NCBI GenBank assembly: GCA_037138355.1
Contig: JBAXIL010000021.1
Span: forward strand, 1-28,144
Direction: 5' to 3'
Source of the DNA: a bacterium
Lineage (GTDB): Bacteria > Oederibacteriota > PGYV01 > Palsa-1178
DNA length: 28,144 nucleotides
Of the stretch, positions 16,377-24,599 are shown piece by piece. The notes below the pieces were generated by a model. It ran no database searches. It was not told where the DNA came from and worked only from the letters and a program-made list of their open reading frames with translations. The position numbers and the translations under genes were made by a program. The number at the start of each line of letters is the position of its first letter. The stretch's first letter is position 1.

Positions 16377-17663
16377 TTATCCCCAGTTTAATGCTTCGAC
16401 TATTATTTCAGAATATGATGGGTGTATGTGCATAGTTTCTTTTAAAACATTTATTTTAATTTTGGAAGTAATTATCACTGTAAGTTCATTCATTATTTCA
16501 GCCATTTCATCCCCTACGCCTACAGCACCTATTATGGTATTTTCCTTAACATCAGCAATGATTTTTAAAAACCCAGCATCTTTTGCTTCTACCACAGCTT
16601 TACCAACTGCCTTAAAATAATACTTATAAAGCTTATACTCTATATTTTTTTCATTTGCTTTATCTTCTGACAACCCTACGCTTCCTAACTGGGGACTCGA
16701 AAAAACAAGTTTTGGCATTAAATCATAATTTATATGCCCTGATGTTTTATTTACAATATGTAAAATCGCCACCACTGCTTCCCTTGATGCAGCATATGCT
16801 AACATAGGTCCGACTATACAATCGCCAATAGCATATATGCTAGGTTGTTTTGTCTGCATATTATTATTTACTTCTATAAAACCTTTGTCATTTGTTTTAA
16901 TACCAGCTAAGCTAAGTCCTAGCTTTGCAGTGTTTGGAGTTCTTCCTATAGCTTCAAATATCATGTCATATTTTTCTTTTATGATTGTCTCTGAGTTTTT
17001 TATCTGTACTTCTTTGTCAGCACTTATACTTATGATTTCACTTTTTTCATAAAGCTTTATCTTTTTTTTCTTAAATTCCCGCGCCACTGTCCTAACCGCT
17101 TCAGCATCTTCACCAAAAAGAATAGAATCCATAATTTCCACTATATCCACACTTACACCTAAATTATTAAGAAATGAAGTATACTCACAACCTATTACCC
17201 CGCCGCCTATAATAAGAACTTTTTTAGGAACATCATCCATTTCAAATATCTTTTCAGGTGAATTAACTGCCGGATTATTAAATATTTTTTTAGAAGCTGA
17301 ACCTACAGCTAAAATAAAATTAAGTGCCTGTATTTTTTTACCAGCTACCTCTATCTCATTTGCTGATATAAATTTTGCTTCTCCATGAATTATATCTATG
17401 CTTGCATATTCCATTCTTGCTTTTAAACCATTGCGAATTAAAGCAACTTTTTGCATAACTTTATTGCGAATATCATTATAATCAGTTTCATAAGTAGAAT
17501 AGTGTAGAAGTCCTTTTAAAGGAATACAACCCTCGTTCAAACAAACTCCGCCTAATTTTTCAGGTTCGCGTTCTATCACCGCAACTTTAAGTCTATATTT
17601 TGCTGCTTCTAAGGCAGCCGTATGTCCTGCTGGACCCGAACCTATGATTACAACATCATACAT
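16377..17663 (-). CDS. lpdA: Dihydrolipoyl dehydrogenase (glycine cleavage L protein)
   Basis: GSGPAG (FAD), GGVCLNEGCIP (redox disulfide), GGGVIGCE (NAD) and C-terminal HPSYSE. Last gene of the gcv/lip operon. Confidence 0.92.
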   Translation of the reverse strand: MYDVVIIGSGPAGHTAALEAAKYRLKVAVIEREPEKLGGVCLNEGCIPLKGLLHYSTYETDYNDIRNKVMQKVALIRNGLKARMEYASIDIIHGEAKFISANEIEVAGKKIQALNFILAVGSASKKIFNNPAVNSPEKIFEMDDVPKKVLIIGGGVIGCEYTSFLNNLGVSVDIVEIMDSILFGEDAEAVRTVAREFKKKKIKLYEKSEIISISADKEVQIKNSETIIKEKYDMIFEAIGRTPNTAKLGLSLAGIKTNDKGFIEVNNNMQTKQPSIYAIGDCIVGPMLAYAASREAVVAILHIVNKTSGHINYDLMPKLVFSSPQLGSVGLSEDKANEKNIEYKLYKYYFKAVGKAVVEAKDAGFLKIIADVKENTIIGAVGVGDEMAEIMNELTVIITSKIKINVLKETMHIHPSYSEIIVEALNWG

Positions 17664-17672
17664 GATTGCCTC

Positions 17673-18521
17673 CTAAATACTAATTTTTGAATTGTATTTC
17701 TCCGCCATGTACGAACTTCTAACCCACACTCCACTTTCCACATGTTTAAAACCTGCTTTATATGCTTTTTCTTTATACCATTCAAACTTTTCAGGTTTAA
17801 TATATTCTACCACATTATAGTGTTCTTTATCCGGCTGCATATACTGTCCTATACTTATATAATCACAACCTGTTTTTACAAGGTCTTTAAACACTTCCAT
17901 TACTTCCTCTTCTTTTTCGCCAAGCCCCAACAATATGGCTGATTTTGTTGTAATATAAGGGCTAATTTCTTTTGCTACAGATAGTACCTTCAAACTTCTT
18001 TTATAATCAGCACCAATTCTGATACTATAAAGTGATGGCACTGTCTCAACATTATGTGCAAAAACATCTGGTTTGGCATCTACAACATTTTTAATTGACT
18101 CTCTGTCTGCCTTAAAATCTGGAACTAAAACTTCTACTTTAATTTCAGGATTAATATCCCTAATGCACTTAATAACCTCAGCAAAAGCAAAAGCCCCACC
18201 ATCTTTAAGATCGTCCCTTGTGACTGATGTAATTACTGCATATTTTAATTTTAATTTTTTTACTGCTTGTGCCACTCGCAAAGCTTCACTCTTATCTATC
18301 CCTTCAGGTTTACCTTTTTTTACATTACAAAACACACAACTTCTTGTACAAGTATCACCTAATATTAAAAATGTTGCCGTTCCCTTTTTAAAACATTCTG
18401 ATATATTTGGGCATCTTGCCTGATGACATACAGTATGTAGTTTTAATCCTGATAAAGCCGCTTCTGTTTCATGCATGGCTTTGAAATCTATTTTTTTTAC
18501 AGCGTATGCTGGTCTCTTCAT
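17673..18521 (-). CDS. lipA: Lipoyl synthase
   Basis: CHQARCPNISEC (CX4CX5C), CTRSCVFC (radical SAM), HNVETV and RSSY motifs. Confidence 0.97.
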   Translation of the reverse strand: MKRPAYAVKKIDFKAMHETEAALSGLKLHTVCHQARCPNISECFKKGTATFLILGDTCTRSCVFCNVKKGKPEGIDKSEALRVAQAVKKLKLKYAVITSVTRDDLKDGGAFAFAEVIKCIRDINPEIKVEVLVPDFKADRESIKNVVDAKPDVFAHNVETVPSLYSIRIGADYKRSLKVLSVAKEISPYITTKSAILLGLGEKEEEVMEVFKDLVKTGCDYISIGQYMQPDKEHYNVVEYIKPEKFEWYKEKAYKAGFKHVESGVWVRSSYMAEKYNSKISI

Positions 18522-19315
18522 TGTTTTAGGTTCCAGTTGTTAATTGCATATTTTGAAGTTAAGAGTGCCACCACTTCATGTTTTTCTTCAATTTCCAAAG
18601 GTTTTATTTCAAGACTACAGCTAAATGTTTCTGCAAAAGCTGCCACCATATTCGCACATACTTCCACTTCACTGATGTCCCGACTGGCTATGGTACTTAA
18701 ATCAGAATAATTATCACTATTTTCTTTTTTATTAAAATAATCCATGGCTTGCGGACTTGGTTTTATTGGTATGGAGCCATGCTGAAATATCAAATCTTTT
18801 TTTCTTGCTTGTGCATTTCCCCCGATTTTTTTCCCCTTTATGATAATGTCATACTCTTCATTTGAAGCAAAACAAAAAGCCGAATTATTTTCTATTTGTT
18901 TTGCTGCAGGTTGAAACTCTTTTGCATACGCGGCAACTAATCCGCACTTTGCATACATTTTTAAAATAAATTGATTTACTTTTTCAAAAGATTCTTTGAC
19001 TGTTAGATTATTTTCAGAAAGGTCTTTTTCAGAGCATACTATTGAGTAAGTAACTTCATTATTATGATATATGGCACCACCACCGGTAATTCTTCTGACC
19101 ACAGGTACTGCCTTACTTTTACAGTTTTCGAGATTTATATCTTTCAACACTTCTTGATTTTTTCCAACAGATATTCCTGCCGGACTCCAGGCATAAAGTC
19201 TGAAAACAGGTTGTCTTATTTTTTCATAGTAAGAAATCATATACTCATCTATGGCCATATTTTCATAAGGCGAATATTTTAGAAACGGTATATAGCGAGT
19301 ATTTTTGTTAAACAT
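18518..19315 (-). CDS. Lipoate-protein ligase family, single-domain (LipM-like octanoyltransferase)
   Basis: ENMAIDE, RRITGGGAIYH, KKIGGNAQ and QHGSI motifs. At 265 aa it lacks the LplA C-terminal domain. Confidence 0.88.
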   Translation of the reverse strand: MFNKNTRYIPFLKYSPYENMAIDEYMISYYEKIRQPVFRLYAWSPAGISVGKNQEVLKDINLENCKSKAVPVVRRITGGGAIYHNNEVTYSIVCSEKDLSENNLTVKESFEKVNQFILKMYAKCGLVAAYAKEFQPAAKQIENNSAFCFASNEEYDIIIKGKKIGGNAQARKKDLIFQHGSIPIKPSPQAMDYFNKKENSDNYSDLSTIASRDISEVEVCANMVAAFAETFSCSLEIKPLEIEEKHEVVALLTSKYAINNWNLKQ

Positions 19316-19330
19316 GATTGCCTACTGTCT

Positions 19331-20770
19331 TTAAAAACAAGTTAGCTTAAGTTCTCTCGCCGCTTTTGTCTCGTCAGGTCTGGAAATGCGTGTAGTAGAA
19401 GGAGAGTTTTTTATTTTTTCAGGGGCACTGATTGCAGTTGCCGCAATTTCTTTCATGGCATCTATAAACATATCAAGTTCCTGTTTTGATTCTGTTTCTG
19501 TTGGCTCTATCATTATTGCCTCTTCTACTACTAAAGGAAAATATATTGTAGGCGGATGATAACCACGGTCAATCAAAGCTTTTGCTATGTCCAAAGCATG
19601 TACTCCGTTTTTAATCTGCTTTTTCGCTGTGAAAACGCACTCATGCATACATATTCTGTCATAAGGCAGATCATAAAATGCCTTCAGCTTTACCATTATA
19701 TAGTTGGCATTAAGAACTGCCATTTCTGACACATCTATCAAACCTTCTCTACCAAGCATCATTATATAAGTATATGCCTTAAGAATAACTCCAAAGTTCC
19801 CAAAGAAAGATGCTATATTTCCTATTGAATCCTTGCTTTTATTGCTTATCATATATTTTCCTGCTGCATTTTTTTCTACACATGGTTCTGGTAAAAAAGG
19901 TACCATTCTTTCAGAAACTCCGACCACACCAGAACCAGGACCGCCTCCACCATGAGGTGTAGAAAATGTCTTATGCAGATTTATGTGTACAATATCAAAA
20001 CCCATATCCCCTGGTCTTACTTTTCCGAGTATAGCATTTAAGTTTGCTCCATCATAATACATTACCGCATCATGTTGTCTTGCTATTTCCACTATTTCCT
20101 TTATCTTTTTTTCAAAAACTCCCAGGGTGCTTGGCATAGTCATCATGACTCCAGCCACTTCATTATTCATTTTCTGTTTAAAAATTTCTACATTCATTCC
20201 GCCCTCTGCATCCACAGGAACGGTGATTACAGAATAACCTGCCACTGCTGCAGAGGCAGGATTTGTACCATGAGCTGATTCAGGTACAACTATATATTTT
20301 TTCTTATTACCTTTTTTCCTGTGATAAGCTGCTGTTAATAAAATTCCTAATAATTCTCCATGTGCTCCAGCATACGGTTGTGTAGTAAACTTTTTCATTC
20401 CTGTTATTTCACATAAGAGCGAAGATATATTGTATATAACTTCCAAAGCACCTTGCGCAGCATTTTCATCTATCATAGCCATATATGGATGAAGTCCAGT
20501 AAAACCTTGGATGCCAGCCGCTACTTCATTTACTTTTGGATTGTATTTCATAGTGCATGAACCTAATGGATAAAATTCTGTATCTACTGAAAAGTTCAAT
20601 TTTGAAAGTCTTGTATAATGTCTTACTACATCAAGCTCTGAAAGTTCAGGAAGACGGCTTTCTATAGACCGCCTTAAACCTACAGGTATTTTATCAATTG
20701 ACTTTTCATTTGGGGTGCCAGCCTCTACTCCGTGTCTGCCCTCTACGCTTTTTTCAAATATATTTTCCAT
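19331..20770 (-). CDS. gcvPB: Glycine dehydrogenase (decarboxylating) subunit 2
   Basis: YPLGSCTMKYNP, QPYAGAHGE, SAHGTNPASA, HINLHKTFSTPHGGGGPG (PLP lysine) and IEPTETE. ATG 20770 has a GAGGGG SD; GTG 20782 is an alternative start. Confidence 0.97.
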   Translation of the reverse strand: MENIFEKSVEGRHGVEAGTPNEKSIDKIPVGLRRSIESRLPELSELDVVRHYTRLSKLNFSVDTEFYPLGSCTMKYNPKVNEVAAGIQGFTGLHPYMAMIDENAAQGALEVIYNISSLLCEITGMKKFTTQPYAGAHGELLGILLTAAYHRKKGNKKKYIVVPESAHGTNPASAAVAGYSVITVPVDAEGGMNVEIFKQKMNNEVAGVMMTMPSTLGVFEKKIKEIVEIARQHDAVMYYDGANLNAILGKVRPGDMGFDIVHINLHKTFSTPHGGGGPGSGVVGVSERMVPFLPEPCVEKNAAGKYMISNKSKDSIGNIASFFGNFGVILKAYTYIMMLGREGLIDVSEMAVLNANYIMVKLKAFYDLPYDRICMHECVFTAKKQIKNGVHALDIAKALIDRGYHPPTIYFPLVVEEAIMIEPTETESKQELDMFIDAMKEIAATAISAPEKIKNSPSTTRISRPDETKAARELKLTCF

Positions 20771-20778
20771 ATGTCCCC

Positions 20779-22104
20779 TCACAGTGCCGATTTAAAAGCA
20801 GCAGCAAAATCGTCTAATTCTTTTTCTGTTCTTTTTTCTGTCGCTGCTATGATAAGGTAATTCTTCTTTTCAGGATAATATAATGATGCCGGTATTCCTG
20901 CTGCAAAACCTTTTGCCAACATTTTTTTAGCAAACTCCGCCGCATTACAATTTAGCTTAACCGTAAACTCATTAAATGTATTTCCTTCTTTTACTTCAGC
21001 TATATTTTTAAGTTTTGATTTTAAATATTCTGCTTTTTCAAAATTAACAAGTGCAGCTTTTCTAAAACCTTCCTTACCTAAAAGTGCCAAATATACCACA
21101 GCCCTCAGTGCGCAAAGCGCCTGATTTGAACATATATTTGAAGTCGCCTTTTCTCTTCTTATATGTTGTTCTCTTGCTTGCAGAGTGAGCACATAACATT
21201 TCGTTCCGTTTTTATCAACTGTTTGTCCTACTATTCTTCCTGGCATTTTTCTTACATAATCTTTTGAAGCCGCCATAATTCCTAAGTATGGTCCACCAAA
21301 AGAAAGTGGAAGACCTAAGGACTGTCCATCAGCTACCGCTATATCCGCATCCATTTCACCAGGTGTTTTAAGTATGCCTAAAGACATAGGATAAAATACC
21401 GCTATCTTGGTTATTCCTTTTTCCTGTGCGGCTTTAAAAATATCTGAAAAATCATCAATAATTCCAAAATAATTCGGTGTCTGCATGACTATAGCCGATA
21501 TACTTTCGTCAAACATTGCTTTTATTTTTTCCCTGTCAGTATATATATCCTTTAAATCAACTTCTATGATTTCTATTTCCTGATTTGCCACATATGTTTT
21601 TACTATGTTCCTATATATAGGATTAACGCCTTTATCTATTATGACTTTTGAGCGATTATTAGTCCTAATTGCCATGGCTATTGCCTCATATAATGCAGTC
21701 CCACCGTCATAAAGTGAAGCATTTGAAACTTCAAGACCTGATAGTTTTGCCATCATTGTCTGGTATTCAAATATAGCCTGCAAAGTTCCCTGCGATGCTT
21801 CTGGTTGATAAGGCGTATATGCTGTATAAAACTCTGCACGGGATGAAATGGCATCTACTGCTGCAGGAATAAAATGATCGTAATAACCGCCACCTATAAA
21901 AATAGTAGCGTCTGTTTTGTTTTTTTCTGCCATTAAGTTTAATGCGCTTAATGCTTCATATTCTGTCATGCCGTTTGGAATATTAAATGCTTTAGGTTTT
22001 AATTCATTTGGAATATCTGCAAATAATTCATTGATATTAGATAGACCTACTACAGAAAGCATTTCTTTTATTTCATTAGGCGTATGCGGTGTAAACTTTG
22101 CCAT
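20779..22104 (-). CDS. gcvPA: Glycine dehydrogenase (decarboxylating) subunit 1
   Basis: EFYTAYTPYQPEASQGTLQAIFEYQT, SNASLYDG and LQAREQHIRREKATSNICSNQ motifs. Confidence 0.97.
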   Translation of the reverse strand: MAKFTPHTPNEIKEMLSVVGLSNINELFADIPNELKPKAFNIPNGMTEYEALSALNLMAEKNKTDATIFIGGGYYDHFIPAAVDAISSRAEFYTAYTPYQPEASQGTLQAIFEYQTMMAKLSGLEVSNASLYDGGTALYEAIAMAIRTNNRSKVIIDKGVNPIYRNIVKTYVANQEIEIIEVDLKDIYTDREKIKAMFDESISAIVMQTPNYFGIIDDFSDIFKAAQEKGITKIAVFYPMSLGILKTPGEMDADIAVADGQSLGLPLSFGGPYLGIMAASKDYVRKMPGRIVGQTVDKNGTKCYVLTLQAREQHIRREKATSNICSNQALCALRAVVYLALLGKEGFRKAALVNFEKAEYLKSKLKNIAEVKEGNTFNEFTVKLNCNAAEFAKKMLAKGFAAGIPASLYYPEKKNYLIIAATEKRTEKELDDFAAAFKSAL

Positions 22105-22493
22105 TATTCTTCTAACCCCGCTAAAAATGTTTTATAAGCTGTTGCGTTCATTAAGTTTGCAGTTTCAGACGGATTTGATATTTCAAGTTCTGCTATCCAT
22201 CCTTCTTCAAAAGGTGATTTGTTCACAAGTTCAGGAGCATTTTCAAGTGCAGTATTTATTGCTATGACTTTTCCTGATATAGGCGCATATATATCGCTTG
22301 CTGCCTTTACTGATTCTATACCTGTCAAAATTTCAAGTTGTTTTACAACCTTACCTATAGAAGGTAGGTCCACATAAGTTATATCACCAAGTTTATGCTG
22401 AGCATAATCCGATATACCAACCTTTGCTTTATTGCCGTCTATTTTAACCCACTCATGTTCCTTGCTGTAGAAATATCCTTCTTTAACATTCAT
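22104..22493 (-). CDS. gcvH: Glycine cleavage system H protein
   Basis: HEWV, GISDYAQHKLGDI, IESVKAASD (lipoyl lysine) and PELVNKSPFEEGWI motifs. Confidence 0.97.
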   Translation of the reverse strand: MNVKEGYFYSKEHEWVKIDGNKAKVGISDYAQHKLGDITYVDLPSIGKVVKQLEILTGIESVKAASDIYAPISGKVIAINTALENAPELVNKSPFEEGWIAELEISNPSETANLMNATAYKTFLAGLEE

Positions 22494-22494
22494 T

Positions 22495-23592
22495 TTATGC
22501 CTCCTGATATTTTATGGATGTATTTTTTATGAAAGGTGGAGTGGTTATAATTCCTTTAACCTCTCCCTTATCAAGCTTGATTAATACTTCATTTCCTTCT
22601 ACCACTTTATCTGCGTTTATATACATAAAGCCAATGCCTTTATTGACATAAGGGGAAAAGACACCACTGGTCACAAAGCCACAATCTGTATTATCAATGT
22701 GCACGCGGTTTGTGTGTCTTGGTGTTCTGCGTCCTTCTATTATTACACCTGTTAATTTTTTTTCTACACCTGTATTTTTTTGTTTAAGCAAAGCATCTTT
22801 TCCTATGAAATCCTTTTCAAAATCTAAAAACTTTTCCATCCCTGCTTCCAATGGAGTTACATCTTCTGTGAGTTCGTCCCCATAAAGCGGTAGTCCTGCT
22901 TCCAATCTAAGTATATCGCGAGCCCCAAGTCCAGCAGGTTTAACCAACGGATCCGCGAGAAGTTTATTCCATAGTTCTACACCTTTATCAGCGCTTATGT
23001 AAAGTTCATAACCTAATTCTCCGGTATAACCAGTTCTGCTTATTAAATATTTTCCACCAAGTAAATCAAAAGTATCAAACTGAAAATACTTTAATTTTTT
23101 TATTGAATCGCCCACGAGTTTTTTCATAACTTCCATGGCTTTGGGTCCCTGTAAATCTATTTTTACCGTTGCTTGAGATATATCTTCAAATTTAGCTTCT
23201 TTAGAAAGATTTTCTTTTATTTTTTGTGCATCATTTTCTATGTTTGAAGCGTTCACTACAATCATCCACTTGTCTGTCTGCAAACGATAAACTATTAAAT
23301 CATCTACAGGTGTACCATTGGCATTTAAAAGAAAACCATATCGGCAAGTCAATGCTTTCATTTTAACAACAGGATTGGTAATGATTTTATCCAAGGAAGA
23401 TTTGGAAGGATCTTCAGTTACTATAAACTCTCCCATATGACAAATATCAAAAGCAGATACAGAAATTCTTGTATGTTTAGTTTCTTCGATTATGGAACCG
23501 TAATGTATAGGCATATTCCATCCAGCGAACGGTGCCATAAGAGCCTTTAGTTTGATATGTTCATCATAGAGAACTGTATTTTTGAAATCCAT
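22495..23592 (-). CDS. gcvT: Glycine cleavage system aminomethyltransferase T
   Basis: FAGWNMPIHY, FDICHMGE, SRTGYTGELGYE and GLGARDILRLEAGLPLYG motifs. Confidence 0.97.
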   Translation of the reverse strand: MDFKNTVLYDEHIKLKALMAPFAGWNMPIHYGSIIEETKHTRISVSAFDICHMGEFIVTEDPSKSSLDKIITNPVVKMKALTCRYGFLLNANGTPVDDLIVYRLQTDKWMIVVNASNIENDAQKIKENLSKEAKFEDISQATVKIDLQGPKAMEVMKKLVGDSIKKLKYFQFDTFDLLGGKYLISRTGYTGELGYELYISADKGVELWNKLLADPLVKPAGLGARDILRLEAGLPLYGDELTEDVTPLEAGMEKFLDFEKDFIGKDALLKQKNTGVEKKLTGVIIEGRRTPRHTNRVHIDNTDCGFVTSGVFSPYVNKGIGFMYINADKVVEGNEVLIKLDKGEVKGIITTPPFIKNTSIKYQEA

Positions 23593-23625
23593 ATTATATC
23601 CCTGAGATTATTTAAAACCGCGTTT

Positions 23626-23654
23626 ATTATATTGAAAAAGCATGACATCGTCAA
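23626..23654 (-). promoter_or_regulatory. Sigma70 promoter of the gcv/lip operon
   Basis: Minus strand TTGACG (23654-23649), 17 bp spacer, TATAAT (23631-23626), about 33 bp upstream of the gcvT ATG. Confidence 0.75.
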
Positions 23655-23705
23655 GGACAAATACCTTGGCCAAAATTATAGAAATTATTGCCTTTATTAT
23701 GTTAT

Positions 23706-23738
23706 AAAATAAAAACGCCGCAACGATTGTTGCGGCGC
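23706..23738 (-). terminator. Intrinsic (Rho-independent) terminator
   Basis: 9-bp GC stem CGCCGCAAC (23716-23724) / GTTGCGGCG (23729-23737) with a 4-nt loop, followed on the minus strand by TTTTTATTTT. Confidence 0.85.
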
Positions 23739-23862
23739 TTTATGCCCGGTTAAACCTTCCCCGTGCCCGTTCTGCCCCTCTATAAGGCCATTTTTTTATT
23801 ATCAACTTACATATCTATAATTTAGTTAAACGATTAATAAAGCCATATTGACTACTTTTATG
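23706..23862 (-). ncRNA. Candidate small RNA of about 155 nt, family not recognised
   Basis: Bounded by a TTGACA-17-TATTAT promoter and a strong terminator. No convincing ORF. The GC-rich 3' half has three GGGCA copies and four G-tracts. Existence is inferred only. Confidence 0.4.
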
Positions 23863-23868
23863 GATATA

Positions 23869-23897
23869 ATAATATTATTTTTTACAAGAATTGTCAA
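23869..23897 (-). promoter_or_regulatory. Sigma70 promoter with no downstream protein gene
   Basis: Minus strand TTGACA (23897-23892), 17 bp spacer, TATTAT (23874-23869). Confidence 0.6.
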
Positions 23898-24008
23898 TAA
23901 TTATTTTAAAGAAATTGAAGTTTTTTTATCCCTAAAAAAATGCGTATTTTAGCACAAAAGACTAAGATTTGAACTAATTGTATTTAAAATATGTCTTTTA
24001 ATAGAACT

Positions 24009-24491
24009 TTATTGTTTTGTAAATGTTGAAAGTTCCCTATAAGTATTAGCATCCCACATACCAACAGCATTCTGATTATTTGCTTCTACTATAATAATTC
24101 CATCCTTGTCACCACACAAAGTACAAACTTGATTATGGCTTTTATAACAGTGAGTAATAGAGGGAAACAAAGCTTTATAGCTATCTGCATTAATCTCTGT
24201 AAAACCGATTGTTATTCTTCCTGCTATATATACCGCAGAATCAAACTCTGTTTTTGTAATAACTTGCGTTGTTTCCAAAGTCCTATCCATTGCCATTGTT
24301 TTATGTTTGTATGTAGAACCGTTAAAAGAGTATGCTTCTATAGTTTCAAAAATTCCGATACCATAAAGAGTGTTGTTATATTCCGCATTTACAGCCTGTA
24401 CAGCTGCTGGGCCTATAGGATTTGTTAAACACCCCCCTATGAACAATAATTGAAAACAAAGAAAAATAACTAAAGTAACTAATTTTTTCAT
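24009..24491 (-). CDS. Hypothetical lipoprotein
   Basis: MKK plus a hydrophobic stretch and IGGC lipobox-like site, with a GGAGG SD. No recognisable domain. Confidence 0.7.
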   Translation of the reverse strand: MKKLVTLVIFLCFQLLFIGGCLTNPIGPAAVQAVNAEYNNTLYGIGIFETIEAYSFNGSTYKHKTMAMDRTLETTQVITKTEFDSAVYIAGRITIGFTEINADSYKALFPSITHCYKSHNQVCTLCGDKDGIIIVEANNQNAVGMWDANTYRELSTFTKQ

Positions 24492-24599
24492 GAAACCTCC
24501 ATTAATATTATTACAATTTAGACAAACTCAAGTATGTAAAGTTTCTTTATATTCAAATTATTGTCATACAATACAAGTTTAATTAAAAAGTTAATACTT

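Noticed and set aside
23755..23797. Plus-strand ...GGCCA-TTTTTTT resembling a tRNA 3' end
   Set aside because: No T-arm pairing, TTCRA loop or cloverleaf can be built upstream.
23740..23805. 21-aa minus-strand ORF (TTG start, LIIKKWPYRGAERARGRFNRA) ending just before the terminator
   Set aside because: Weak start codon, no SD and no recognisable similarity. It cannot be fully excluded as a leader or small peptide without ribosome profiling.
23848..23870. Plus-strand TTGACT...TATAAT promoter
   Set aside because: The spacer is only 11 bp, incompatible with sigma70 geometry.
23593..24008. Glycine riboswitch upstream of gcvT
   Set aside because: No recognisable GGAGA...CCGAAG...CUCUCAGG aptamer. 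Only an isolated TCTCAGG occurs next to the SD, and the promoter leaves a leader of only about 27 nt.
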